Shown in pieces: positions 22,712-35,900 of a DNA stretch of 64,000 nucleotides. The stretch spans positions 20,770,001 through 20,834,000 of the forward strand of contig OZ024752.1 in NCBI GenBank assembly GCA_964016885.1. Reading direction: 5' to 3'. The notes beneath the pieces were generated by a model, which saw only the letters and a list, made by a program, of their open reading frames with translations, did no database searches and had not been told where the DNA came from. This stretch comes from Eledone cirrhosa (lineage: Eukaryota). The position numbers were made by a program, and so were the translations under genes. How positions within the stretch are numbered: position 1 is the first letter of the stretch; each line of letters begins with the position of its first letter.

Positions 22712-23687
22712 CACCCTCACCTCCCCTTACTTTCATTAATTAATTCTTTTTCTTTTTCACTATGAAATTATTTTTTAAACAACGAGTTTAGGTGACTGAA
22801 GGAAAGGAGACCCAGAGCCGAACATGGATGTGTGTGTGTGTGTGTGTGGGGGGGGGGGGGTATTATGACAGTTGACATAGGCTGACGATTTTGATATAGA
22901 AGACAGGAGGCTGAATTAAGTAGAAGAGTTGCAGGAGTTGGTGCAGTAATACACCAGCTTCAGCATCCGGTAATCAGAAGAAGAGAAGTAGGTGTAAAAG
23001 CAGACCCCTCAAACACTTCTTCCAGCTGGTCCTGTCAGAAGCAACCGTCTCCAACTGATCGGCTTGATCCCCAAGCGAGACCAGCTGAGCTCATGGATGT
23101 TATCCAACCACCTTGCTCGGGGTGTATCCCTAGGTCCCCTGCCGGTTGGTTTTGACCGTAAAATCTGTCCAGCGATTCTTTTCTGAGACCTTCTAACTAC
23201 ATGTCCGTAATATCGAGGCTGTAATCTCTCAAATCGGAGAAGTAACAGCCCTACCAAGAGTGACTCTCTTATCTCCGAGCTACGCACTCTATCGAGTAAC
23301 AAAGACCCTTCGGGAGAACCTCATTTCAGTCACTTGTATCCGCGATCGTATTATTTCGGTCATTACCCAAGATAGGTAAGGGTTGGCACGAATACCGAAT
23401 TGAAGATAGCGAGTTTGGCTTTTACACCTACTTCTCTTCTTCTGATTACCGAATGCTGAAGCTGGTGTATTACTGCACCAACTCCTGCAACTCTTGTACT
23501 TAATTCAGCCTCCTGTCTTCTATATCAAAATCGTCAGCCTATGTCAATTGTCATAATACCCCCCCCCCCCTCCATGTTATGCTCTGGGTCTCTCTTCCTT
23601 CAGTCACCTAAACTCGTTGTTTAAAAAATAATTTCATAGTGAAAAAGAAAAAGAATTAATTAATGAAAGTAAGGGGAGGTGAGGGTG
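22712..23687. repeat. Inverted duplication with arms at 22712-23001 and 23418-23687 around a ~415-bp spacer
   Basis: The arms are near-exact reverse complements apart from a few substitutions and a (GT)n tract in the left arm. Confidence 0.9.
23003..23522 (-). mobile_element. RTE-clade (Expander/Rex3-like) LINE fragment
   Basis: RQEAELSTRVAGVGAV..KAKLAIFNSVFVPTLTY..WVMTEIIRSRIQVTEMRFSRRV..LDRVRSSEIRESL..YGHVVR..PTGRGPRDTPRARWLD. Confidence 0.9.
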
Positions 23688-24397
23688 AGCACAACCCACC
23701 CTTGTGGCAGTTGACAAGGATATACGATTTTGTGGAGTAGGGGCTACTCCCCCTCAAGTTTCAAGTTTCTTCTAGTTAAACTATGAACACTACATATAAC
23801 GACAGTCTGGGGCCCAATAGTATATAATTTATTTTTGCAAGGGTAGTGATTATATTTTCAGCAAGGAGTCCCATTCAAACTTAATCTTCTCCTGACTACA
23901 CATATATGTACAAATAGCCGTAACATACATAAACTACGTGTATATAGCGCTGATTAGTAAAATATTTAAAGAGCAATTTGAAACTGGTCCTATATTTCAT
24001 ACCTGGTCCGGACGTATTACGAGTTTGTGGGAGTGGATCTACATTTCACATTTGACGTGAGCCTATTACGAGCAATGGTGGTAGGGTGTCTACGTTTCAC
24101 ATTTGACGTGAGCCTATTATTAATTTTGTTTGGTCTGCGCGCACCACCGAGTTTTTATTGTGGTTTTCCCTCCAATGTCTGATTTATCACACTTGCAAAC
24201 GGTACAATATAGCATTAAAAAGGTTTTGAAAATTTGAATTTCTTCCCGTTGCACTTATAGGGAAATAATTTACTCGTATTGTTTAATGGTAAATAAAAAA
24301 AAAAACAAAAAAAAACCACAGGTTGTATATAATATGATTGAATTTGTCTGAAAGTGAAACTGAAATATTCATCTATTATTTCTCATTCAGCACTCAT

Positions 24398-24576
24398 TGG
24401 CAGTATCGGTAGAGGGTCGGACGCCATGCTTTCTAGCATAGTTACGTCCCTTTACGATCTGAGTTCAAATCCCGCCGAGGTTAACTTTGCCTTTCATCCT
24501 TACGGGGTCGATAAAATAAAGTACCAGTAATGCACTGGGTAATTGCTGGCCTTGTGCCTAAAGTAGAAACAATTAT
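24398..24576 (+). mobile_element. Near full-length tRNA-derived SINE family A
   Basis: A-box tggcagtatcgg, B-box gagttcaaatcc, body ctttgcctttcatcc..ggggtcgataaaataaagtaccag and tail ggccttgtgcctaaagtagaaac. At least 8 related copies are in the window. Confidence 0.85.
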
Positions 24577-24604
24577 GTCTTAATATCTTGTTATGTCTTA
24601 ATAT

Positions 24605-24730
24605 CTTGTTAGTAAGTCAAAAGAAGAGTCAGGTAGTGGGGCACCGGTGTTAGGCTGTATTTAAGACATCATTTGACATTAATTCCATTCCTGTTTGTCA
24701 CTTCAACTTTAATTCTTGTAAGAAATCATC
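24605..24730 (-). mobile_element. Possible DNA-transposase remnant (Academ-like)
   Basis: The minus strand gives RNGINVK*CLKYSLTPVPHYL, reminiscent of the L.Y.L.PVP.SL motif. Short and weak. Confidence 0.25.
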
Positions 24731-24999
24731 TTTTACATGGAAACGCCGTGTCCTCATCATTTATACGTGAGTTCGTACATCCATCGTTTTCACTTACATC
24801 TTTTTGTACAGTTTTTCTTAGAAACTTGTTTAGGAAAACGTAGTAATCGCTTTTTTGTGAATTAGGTCATCCCATAATCAAGGCCGTATTATTCGTGACT
24901 AACTAGACTGAAGTCTCGGGGCCCGTCAATTTTGTTGTTGTAGTGAAGTGAGCGATGGGAATGTCAGAGAATCCAAATTACCTGAAAGCCTAGAGGCCT

Positions 25000-26165
25000 G
25001 GCTATTTAATGTGTCCCAGACCACGATGGGTTTTCTTTGGCCAAGTTCTCCCAGTTGGCCCTGTTGATACCGATGTCTTCCAGTGAGGTTTTTTGAAAAC
25101 CCTTAGAACGTTTCTTCTGTTCAAAAAGTAAACACTTAAAGGCTTTAATTTAACTCATGGATTCAACTGTTTCACTTTACAATAGCAAACATTTATAGGC
25201 CATTCTCCCTGCTAAATCGAGTGTTGGCGTTGCGGACCACATGCTAGGTCCTTCGTTTTGCCCTTTCGTCTGCACCCCTTTCACCAACTTATATTTCCTC
25301 ACCCACCATACATTTCTTCGTTTTCTCCTTCCTCTATTTCCTAGAACTGTTTAGCAACTCTTACTACCGTGTTCTCTGACAGAAGGTTCTGCACAAAACA
25401 TTAAACCTTTTCCCCAAGGCAAAACATTATTTTACTCTGTGATAGACCGCTATTACGTTCTTCACTCTATTGTTTCACCGTGAAATAGTTCTTTGATAAA
25501 CAATAATTTTTCTTTTTTTTTTGTTTTAAAGTATCCAGTTCGTCTGATTTTGAACTTTTGCAGTGTATGAATGACTTAAAATAATTTGATCTTTCTAAAA
25601 TAATTTCCTTTGATATCAGTTTTTGCCATTTCGTTACCATAATTCTTCAAGTCATATAACTCACAGTGCCACCCTTTAAACTTTGAACTTTGTGTCTAAG
25701 TAGACACCTTCGTGCTTCCATACATTTATTTACAATCCTGAAACGCCGAATTGGCTTTTGATAAACGGCTGTTGATTTTTATATGTGTTACTTTCTTTAG
25801 TAACACATGTTGCCGATTGAAGTGGGTTCATCTACTCATTGAAAAAGGTCGCGTATTTACATATATTTCTATAATACTGAAAGAGAACGTCTGTGTTTGA
25901 TGTATTGACGGCAATAAGGGAGATTTCAAAGTATTGACACGCTGAAAACGTTGACAGCCAATTGTGTATCTGATCCAGAGGTAGCAACTAAAGCTCTTTA
26001 GTCGGCGGAAATACGATCTTAAATTTCAGAATGAGTTCTGTACTTGGTTTGAATGCCTGGGAAAGCACTGAATAGAACGCTGAACAATTTGTGGGAACTA
26101 CAAGACAGCTCTGTTTAACACCATATCATACTTTACCAACTGTGGCCTGTATGTTATAAAGAACA
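25000..26165 (-). mobile_element. Highly decayed LINE remnants (RTE-like near 25010-25110; CR1/L2-like near 25800-26160)
   Basis: Fragments such as SLEDIGINRANWENLAKENPSW and RPQL..IVQR..RRLKS in broken frames. Confidence 0.4.
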
Positions 26166-26271
26166 CTTCTAATTAACAAATTTGTCATAACAGCCGAATT
26201 TTGTCACTATTATTATCGAGACCGCGATTGTCAAGATAAAAACTCTTTGGTCAAGTTCAATGAAAGTGGTA

Positions 26272-26370
26272 TAAATCGACCCCAGTGCATTACTGGTGCT
26301 TCATTTTATCGACCCCGTAAGGGTGAAAGGCAAAGTTAAACTCGGAGGGATTTGAACTCAGAACGTAAGG
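26272..26370 (-). mobile_element. SINE family A fragment
   Basis: Reverse complement of the family A body and B-box. Confidence 0.8.
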
Positions 26371-26599
26371 TCCATAACTCTGTCATTAAACAATAATAAT
26401 ACTACCACTTTTATGCATGATTTAATGCAATATTTAAACATACATGGCACAGTGACGAGAAATATAAATAAGAATCGTAATATTGTATTAGACTAAGTTT
26501 TCACCACAAAAACTGTTGATTGCTGTGTGAGGTTTGTGTATGTGAGTTATTAGGAGTTCTTATAGTTCATTAGTACCAACATCTATTTGAAAAGATAAA

Positions 26600-27270
26600 T
26601 CAATATTCAAACTTATGAAGGTTTATCTGGTCTCCGACGAGGTTGGATCTCATAGAAGGTTTCTTGGGTGTTTTAAATATCAATTTGAGGAGTGAAGAAC
26701 TTATCCAAAACTGTTTGATGTTTATGGCATTTCATTTTTTATACAGATCGTTATCAGTAAAAACTTGCAGACATTCTACCATGAGTATGACCCCTATGAC
26801 AATATTATTTGCAGCCAATTTAAATATAGTTGGTATAATCTGTATTCTCAGCTTGCTCTTGTTCTAACAGCATCAGATCATCTATAGATAAGCTTTCTCT
26901 ATGGAACACAAGCAACTCAACCTCATCATCCTCTATAACTCTACATTATTTGCCAATGTTATAATATCTTTCTGAATTTGTGGAGAATATGTAAAGTAAT
27001 GACTACAGTCTGTCTGGCCACATTTTCCCAAGTACCATTCATTGCTGAGGTTTTTATGTCATCCTATCACTTAGATATGTTATCCACAGTATCCACAATG
27101 TTGAACTTTTTACAGAAGTCTCTATCAGTAAGGTTTATCATCCCTGTCAGTTGCTTTCATAAGTTATTTAAAAGTTCTTTTCAGATGATATACCTTACAG
27201 TGAAGCAAAGATATGTTCTGGGGTCTATATATTTTTCTCTCACATTATCATTTAAAGTTTTTTTTTAGGC
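26600..27270 (-). mobile_element. Tigger/pogo transposase remnant (C-terminal part)
   Basis: Broken frames include RDFCKKFNIVDTVDNI..TSAMNGTWENV, matching the Tigger FWK.FNI.DA..NI..MNG.WKK pattern. Confidence 0.6.
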
Positions 27271-27818
27271 AATGCCTAAAAACAGTTATGCTTTGTTGGA
27301 AATTGTTTTGTTACTGTACCTTTCTACAACAGGACTGGACTTTCACCTGCTGAGGCCCAAAGCTATATGAAATTTCAAGCCCTTCTCTAAAAAATTTGGG
27401 TAAAAAAGGATCTTAATAATTATACATGATTATTATTTATTAATAATTACAAAGTTAAATTAGTTACAAAATGTTCCTTTTAACTAATTAATTGATGTAT
27501 TTTATTTGCTGTATAGTGAAATAAAAATATATGTTAAAAAATGAGGTCCCCCAAAGGGTGTGTGGCCCTTAGCAATAACTTATTTAGCTTATAGATAAGT
27601 CCGGCATTGATGGCAGGACAAAAATGTTTTTAAACCACTCATCAAAAAGGCTCTTAGTCATCTATCTTTCTTATTTGAATACCTAATCAGAGGTAGATTT
27701 AAACTTTGTGTAACCCTTGAAAGGTTTTGGATTTTTGGAGTGTTACATGAGGAAGGGCTTTTATTTCATATTGATATTAGAAGCTTTATATCCGCGTGTT
27801 GATGTTTTCTCTCGAGAA

Positions 27819-28352
27819 ATCATCATCATCATCATCACCGTTTAACATCCATTTTTCCACTCTAGCATAGGTTAGACGAGTTGTGCTGTTATGGGCAATG
27901 CTAGGTCAGGTGACCATGTCTTACTCATACAGAACCAATTTTTGCTCGGTTTCTACAGCTGGATGCCCTTCATAACACCAACCTCATTTACAGTGAGTAC
28001 TGGGCACTTTTTTCTGTGTTGCCTACATGATCAATTCACTGTGTGGACTGGGTGCTTTTTGTCGTGACACCTACATGACAACTTTACAGTGGAAGGGTGG
28101 GTAGGTGGATGACATACTGTGTATATGCTTCAGCTTTGGCCTGTGCCCATGGGAAGTCGGGTCTTCTGTATTACTGTGTAATGCCAGAGGTCTCGGTCCT
28201 GTGTCATCACCGCAATTGGGCAAGGTCAGCTTTCTATCACCTCATTCCAAGTCTTCCTGGGTCTCCTCATGCCAAGGCTTCCATCAACTTTAAGTGGTGT
28301 GCATCTTTTTATGCAGCTGTCATCCTTCATGTGCATCACATGACCATAAAAG
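27819..28352 (-). mobile_element. RTE-like LINE 3' end with (CAT)n tail on the plus strand
   Basis: (cat)n ccgtttaacatcc..ctggatgcccttc.taacaccaacc, shared with ~30685-30860. Remnant coding sequence lies at 28100-28350. Confidence 0.65.
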
Positions 28353-28354
28353 TA

Positions 28355-28535
28355 CTAATATATGCTTCCAGAGAAGTGCAGTTCCATCAACATAGTTCAC
28401 TTGTTCTGGTGTGTAGCCCCCCCCCCTCCCCAATTCAGCAATCATTTTCTTCAACTCCTCAAGATAATTAGTAGCAACTTTTTTCTCTATCAATAGTAAC
28501 AGCCTCACCAGTCAATTTATATTATGAAAGTGTAG
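28355..28535 (-). mobile_element. Tigger/pogo transposase remnant (start of the DDE domain)
   Basis: FHN..LTGEA..NYLEELKKMIAE..GGYTPEQVNYVDGTALLWK resembles Tigger GGYLPEQVFNVDET.LFWK. Confidence 0.75.
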
Positions 28536-29125
28536 ACATAGATAGACACACACACATGACAGGCTTCCACAGAGTTCCCATCTACTATATTTCATTGACA
28601 AGGCTGTGGTCAACCTGGGACTTTAGCAGAAGATACTTGCCCATGTGTGCCACTCAATGGGAATGAAGCCAGGACCATTAGCAAGCCGGCAACAAGCTTG
28701 GAGTGTCAGTGGGAAAGTGGAACTTGCTGTGTAGTTAGTTACTATGGTGATATCTATCTGTCTTTCACACTCAGTGTATTTCTCTCTCAATGTTTCATAT
28801 AGGAAAAATAATTTCGGGTGACGAACGCCCTTCTGGATTAAATTAAGTTCTTGAACCAAGGTTCCACTGTGAAATTCTGTTACAAAAAAATTCACAGGGT
28901 ATAAAAAAGAATCCGTTGTAACAGAAAATTCTTTATAACGAGATCAATCAAAACAAATCGAGCATTTGCTTGTTATTACCTCGGGAATTGAAAAAAATTT
29001 TGTTATACTGAAAAATTTGTTATACTGGTATTCGTTATAACGGAATTTTATCTCTATATAGATTTACCAACTCTGAATCACACACACATATAATTATTCT
29101 TTTCTTCTTTGACCATCCACACCAG

Positions 29126-29326
29126 TTTGTATGAGCTCCAACAATAACGGAATTGTGAAGCGAGGCAAGTATACTCGGGATTCTTGTGCCAAAGCTTGTG
29201 ATTCAGAAACGACAATCAAATGCAAGTTCTTCAACTTTGACAAACAATCAGGGAAGTGTTACCTGTCTTCGACCATCCACTTCAATGTGCAAGTTTCGAG
29301 CAGCCCAAAAGAGAAACCTGTAGAAG
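29126..29326 (+). CDS. Exon encoding a PAN/apple-like domain
   Basis: Pyrimidine-rich acceptor ..accag|, 201 nt in phase 1-1, donor AAG|GTAAAT. Peptide SCAKACDSETTIKCKFFNFDKQSGKCYLSS fits the C-x3-C-x6-C-x2-F-x-F-x6-C-x-L PAN core. Confidence 0.85.
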
Positions 29327-30464
29327 GTAAATTTAACTTGACTTGACATTTTCTACCTTACTGTTTTATGACTTTCTCAAACACTTTCTTTTGTGTACTT
29401 ATCCATGGCACACATATTGTTGGACCTCTATTGATTCCAACAACTAGTGTTCCAGATGTTTAATCTATGGAACAGCCTGTCTGTGATATTAAACTGGCCA
29501 TATCCAGCCAGAATCTTCTCACCTCTTTCTGTTCTAACTGGCTATAACTGGCTGCTCATACTTATGTTAAGGTATTGTTCTCAACATAAATATCAAAATC
29601 TCATAGATTTGATATTTTGTGAGGTAAAAAAGCCTTGACTATGAAAATATAATAGTAAATATGGAGTAATATAAATACTAAAGAGTTAATGTAGTTTTCA
29701 GGGAGATTCAGTGTGACAGTGTGTGACAAGGCTGCCCCTTTGAATTTACTACAAACTCATTTTTCTGAGCTGAGTGAACTGGAACAAATATCTTGCTCAA
29801 GGACACAATGCACTGCTGGCAATAAAACTCAGGATCTTAAGCCATGCTTCTTCACTCAAGGTACATATACACATGTATATTTGATTCAATCCAGGGTTAT
29901 CTCACTCCTGTTGGAGGAATCCCTCCTCAGTTGATCTCCACCACTTTCTGTTTGGTTTTGGTAATGTCATGTGTGTAGCTGTACTCATCATGCTTGGCCA
30001 ATTGTGGGTTAGTGAGGCTATTTAACCCAGTTGGCGTGGATGGACGTTGACTCTGAGTTTATCCAACCTTTTTGCAGCTCTTGTTTTTTGTGCTGCTGGA
30101 GATCCAATTACCTCTTCACCAGATCAAGGTCTCATAGGGAAGCTGGTTTAATGACCTATCACTTGACCATGAAACAGATTGTACTGGGTTACATGGTAGC
30201 AGTAGTAAGCAGACACATAAACATCTAACGATACATACTAAACACACATATAAAATAAATATACACATATACAAATGTTTTTGTTGATGTTGATGTTTTG
30301 ATAAAGTTATTTAGCCCCAAGTTGGTTCTAATCATGTAGGCCTATGATCAAAAATATTCTAGCCTCACCCATCTCATTTTTTTTTCAGACATAGTATACC
30401 ATAAGCAACATTGTCTAGCATCTTCTTTTACTAGGAGGTCAAGCATGGTTATTTTTAATATTAA

Positions 30465-31095
30465 TTATTAGGACGGTAGAGCGTCAGACACCATGCTTTG
30501 CAGCATAAAGTTATGGCCTTTTATGTTCTGAGTTCAAATCCCGCTGAGGTTAGCTTTGCCTTTCATCCTATGGAGTTGATAAAATAAAGCACCGGTAACG
30601 CACTGGGGTCAATTTAATCGACTTTCCCCTCCCCCAAAATTACTGGCCTTGTGCCTATAGTAGAAATCATTATTAATGTTAATTCATCATCATCATCACC
30701 ATCGTTTAACATCTACCTTCCACGCGAGTATGGGTTAGACGGGAGTTGTCCCACTTGAGGCAAGATTGGTTGGATGACCGTATCTCGCTTGTATAGGACT
30801 ATCTGGCAGGTTTTCTACGGCTGGATGCCCTTCCTAACACCAACCACATTTACGGTGTTAATTATTAATGTAAATTGACGTTGGATTGGCAGTATTAGTA
30901 GAAGATCGGACAACATGCTTTGTGGCATATAGTTACTTCCCTTTACGTTCTGAATTCAAATCTTGCTAAGTTTGGCTTTGCCTTTCATCCTTTTGGGTTG
31001 ATAAAATAAAGGACCAGTGACATACTGGGCCAATTTAATTGACTTTCCCTACCCATAAAATTGTTGGCATTATGCCTAAATCAGAAACCATTATT
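30465..31095 (+). mobile_element. Two SINE family A copies (~30465-30675 and ~30885-31095) flanking a (CAT)n-tailed LINE 3' fragment
   Basis: B-box gttcaaatc, family A body and tail. The middle segment matches 27819-27990. Confidence 0.8.
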
Positions 31096-31519
31096 AATGT
31101 TAATTGGTTGTAACTATGGATGTCAATGTGACTGTCACTGAGGAGCAAAATAAGCTTAGAACTAAAGCAGAAAGCTAAATGTTTTACTGCCTGCATTTTG
31201 GATTTGTCTGAATATATATTGTTGAAACAATATGAAGAATTGTGAAAATATTTTGTCCACTCATCTATATTTTCATAGTTGTTCAGCAATAAGAAACTGA
31301 TAGATGAGTGATGAAAGAAATGAAGGGAAAATAAAAGTCTGATAACAAAGACCCAGTCGAGAGAATTAACCATTTTATTGCCATATTTCCAAAGAAAGAC
31401 ACTGCCTAAATCTGTGGAAAAGTTAGAGAAGAAATTTTTCCTGTGGAAACAGAACTTAAAATAAAAAGTAAACTTTAAAAAGACCAAATTTTTAATAAGT
31501 TGGAAAGAAGATAGGACTC

Positions 31520-32140
31520 TGGTCTCATCAGAGATGTATCCTTGTTTGAAAAAGTGTCATGGAATTGTAGACTAGCAGAAAAGGTAGATTTTGTTTATGA
31601 GAGATGCACAGGGATGGTTAGTAGTAAGAACCTCAGTGAAATAAACTTTTTCTCATCCTAGAAAGGCCCAATAGAAACAGTTGATAGCTTCTGTTACTTT
31701 AGTAGCCACATTAGCAGTGGAGTAGGTTGCTCTGAAATAGCATAGAATAAGAACAGAATGGAAAAAGTTCAGGAAGCTACAACCTCTGTTGACAACAAAA
31801 GGTTTCTCTCTATGAATGAAAGGCTTGCTCTATGACTCCAGCATGTGAAGTGTGATGTTGCATGGAAGTGAAACATGGGCAGTAAAGTCAGAGCATGTGC
31901 AAAGGTTGGAAAGAAATGAAGTGAGCATATTTTGATGGATGTGTGTTGTTAATATACATGAATGGCAAAGCATGGATGAGGTGAGAGAAAAAACTAGATA
32001 TATGAGGAATCAAATGTGGTGTGCAAGAGAGAAGACAGTTGGTATGGACATGTGATGCATATGGATGATGATCGCTTGGTGAAGGCGTGCCAGGTGTTCT
32101 CCGTATAAGGAAGATACTGGAGAGGAAGACATGGGTAGAA
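31520..32140 (+). mobile_element. Decayed RTE-clade LINE fragment
   Basis: ETVDSFCY..WKKFRKLQPLLTTKGFSL..SVMLHGSETWAV..RLERNE..WYGHVMHM with several stops. Confidence 0.85.
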
Positions 32141-32279
32141 GATATTCGGGTGCAATGAGGGAGAATTGGCTGCTATTTCTAGCAGGTTGTACGACAAAGT
32201 AAGTATTTTGATTAATTGTTTTTTGATGATGATAGGGATTATGTGATATTGGTGTTTTTTAAAAATTATAATGATGACA

Positions 32280-32425
32280 ATGGCAGTGATGGTGTGGGTA
32301 AGATGATGATGATGATGATAATAATGATAATAATGATGATAATAATAATGGTAATGATGGTGAGGATGATAATGGTGGTGATGGTGTGGACAATGATGAT
32401 AATAGTGAAGATAATGATGATGATG
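32280..32425. repeat. (ATG/ATA)n trinucleotide repeat
   Basis: Seen directly; it explains the Met/Ile-rich part of ORF 32216..32617. Confidence 0.9.
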
Positions 32426-32471
32426 TTCTTTGTTGTATTCAATTTAAGTCACGTCATTGATGTATTTTCAG

Positions 32472-32602
32472 CATCAGAGATGCCTTTAGAAACAAAGGAT
32501 TACAATAAACTGTATAAAGGAATCAGTGATGGTGCCCAGCGTAAACTTGAAGCTCTTCAGAGTAAAGTGAATCAACTGAGAGAAGACATAGAAGATTTTG
32601 AT
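32472..32602 (+). CDS. Exon encoding a coiled-coil segment (ASEMPLETKDYNKLYKGISDGAQRKLEALQSKVNQLREDIEDFD)
   Basis: Acceptor tgtattttcag|, phase-1 start matching the PAN exon, donor GAT|GTAAGG in phase 0, and heptad pattern L..L..V..L..I. Confidence 0.75.
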
Positions 32603-32925
32603 GTAAGGAGACTATGATTAAAGGTGTTCCAGTCGTGATAATCCCATTTCTTATTCATATACAATGTATTTTAATCTACATTATCTAATGTGGCCTCTGT
32701 GTTTTAAGACAGTAGTAGATTGTCATTTGAGAGAAATTTGCCTGTGTTATTTATTTCCAGAAGGTTGAACCATTGTAACTACGTCATTGGTTGAAAGGAT
32801 ATGTTATATGTTATATGCATAGACCAGTAAAGCTTGATGGGGTATCTTGGCCATATAAAACCTGTCAGAGACCCATCTCCTCTCCATGCCTGAACCCAGC
32901 TAATTGCTTCTTCCAGAGAGAGGGA

Positions 32926-35900
32926 TATTATATGTTACACCTAATATTGTATGTTACACCTAGTATTGTATGTAACACCTAGTATTGTATGTTACACCTA
33001 GTATTGTATGTTACACCTAGTATTGTATGTAACACCTAGTATTGTATGTTACACCTAGTATTGTATGTTACACCTAGTATTGTATGTTACACCTAGTATT
33101 GTATGTAACACCTAGTATTGTATATTACACCTAGTATTGTATGTTACATGTAGTATTGTATGTTACACCTAGTATTGTATGTAACACCTAGTATTGTATG
33201 TTTCACCTATTATTGTATGTTACACCTGGTGTTGTATATTACACCCACTATTGTATGTAACACCTAATATTGTATGATACACCTAGTATTGTATGTAACA
33301 CCGAGTATTGTATGTTACACCTAGTATTGTATGTTTCATGTAGTATTGTATGTTAAACCTAGTATTTTAGGTAACACCTAGTATTGTATGTTACACCTAT
33401 TATTGTATGTTACACCTGGTGTTGTATGTTACACCTACTACCTACTATTGTATGTAACACCTATTATTGTATGTTACACATAGTATTGTATGTAACACGT
33501 AGTATTCTATGTAACAACTAGTATTGTATGTAACACCTAGTATTGTATGTTACACCTAGTATTGTATGTTACACCTAGCACTGTATGTTATATGTAAAAT
33601 TGTATGTTACACCCAGTATTGTATGTAACACCTAATATTGTATGTTACACCTAGTATTCTATGTTAAACCTAGTATTGTATGTTACACCTAGTATTGTAT
33701 GTAACACTTAGTATTGTATGTTACACATACTATTGTATGTAACACCTAGTATTGTATGTTACAGCTAGTATTATATGTTACACCTGTACTGTATGTTATA
33801 TGTAGTGCTGTATGTAACACTTAGTATTGTGTTACACCTAGTATTGTATGTTACAAGTAGTATTGTATGTTACACCTAGTGTATGTTACACTTATTGTAT
33901 GTTACACCTTTTGTATGTAACACCCTGTATTGTATGTTACACCTAGTATTGTATGTTACACCTAGTGTTGTATGTAACACCTAGTATTGTATGTAACTGC
34001 TTGTATTGTATGTTACACCTAGTACTGTATGTTACATGTAGTATCGTATGTTACACCTAGTATTGTATATTACACCTAGTATTGTATGTAACATCTAGTA
34101 TTGTATGTTACACCTAGTGTTGTATGTAACACCTAGTATTGTATGTTATAGCTAGTATTGTATGTAACACCTAGTATTGTATGTTACACCTAGTATGATA
34201 TGTAGCACATAGTATTGTATGTTACACCTACTATTGTATGTTACATATAGTATTGTATGTTACGCCCAGTGTTGTATGTTACACCTAGTATTGTATGTTA
34301 CACCTAGTATTGTATGTTACACCTAGTATTGTATGTAACACCTAGTATTGTATGTTACACCTAGTATTGTACGTAACACCTAGTATTGTATGTAACATAG
34401 TATTGTATGTTGCACCCAGTATTGTATGTTACACCTACTATTGAATGTTACATATAGTATTGTATGTTACACCTAGTATTGTATGTAACACCTAGTATTG
34501 TATGTTACACCTAGTATTGTATTTTAGACCTAGTGTTGTATGTAACACTTAGTATTGTATGTTACACCAACTATTGTATGTAACACCTAGTATTGTATGT
34601 TACACCTAGTATTATATGTTACACCTAGTATTGTATGTTACACCTAGTATTGTATGTTACACCTAGTATTGTATGTAACACCTTGTATTGTATGTTACAC
34701 CTAGTATTGTATGTTACACCTCCTATTGTATGTAACACCTATTATTGTATGTTACACATAGTATTGTATGTAACACGTAGTATTCTATGTAACAACTAGT
34801 ATTGTATGTAACACCTAGTATTGTATGTTACACCTAGTATTGTATGTTACACCTAGCACTGTATGTTATATGTAGAATTGTATGTTACACCTAGTATTGT
34901 ATGTTACACCTAGTATTGTATGTAACACCTAATATTGTATGTTACACCTAGTATTGTATGTTAGCCCTAGTATTGTATGTAACACTTAGTATTGTATGTT
35001 ACACCTACTATTGTATGTAACACATAGTATTGTATGTTACAGCTAGTATTATTATTACACCTGTACTGTATGTTATATGTAGTGCTGTATGTAACACTTA
35101 GTATTGTGTTACACCTAGTATTGTATGTTACAAGTAGTATTGTATGTTACACCTAGTGTATGTTACACTTATTGTATGTTACACCTGTTGTATGTAACAC
35201 CCTGTATTGTATGTTACACCTAGTGTTGTATGTAACACCTAGTATTGTATGTTACACCTAGTGTTGTATGTAACACCTAGTATTGTATGTAACTCCTTGT
35301 ATTGTATGTTACACCTAGTACTGTATGTTACATGTAGTAATGTATGTTACACCTAGTATTGTATATTACACCTAGTATTGTATGTTACACCTACTAGTTT
35401 ATGTTACACCTACTATTGTATGTAACACCTAGTATTGTATGTAACACATAGTATTGTATGTTACACCTAGTATTGTATGTTACACTTAGTATTGTACGTA
35501 ACACCTAGTATGATATGTAGCACATAGTATTGTATGTTACACCTACTATTGTATGTTACATATAGTATTGTATGTTACGCCCAGTGTTGTATGTTACACC
35601 TAATATTGTATGTTACACCTAGTATTGTATGTAACACCTAGTATTGTATGTAACACCTAGTATTGTATGTTACACCTAGTATTGTATGTTACACCTAGTA
35701 TGGTATGTTACACCTAGTATTGTACGTAACACCTAGTATTATATGTAACACATAGTATTGTATGTTGCACCCAGTATTGTATGTTACACCTACTATTGAA
35801 TGTTACATATAGTATTGTATGTTACACCTAGTATTGTATGTAACACCTAGTATTGTATGTTACACCTAGTATTGTATTTTAGACCTAGTGTTGTATGTAA

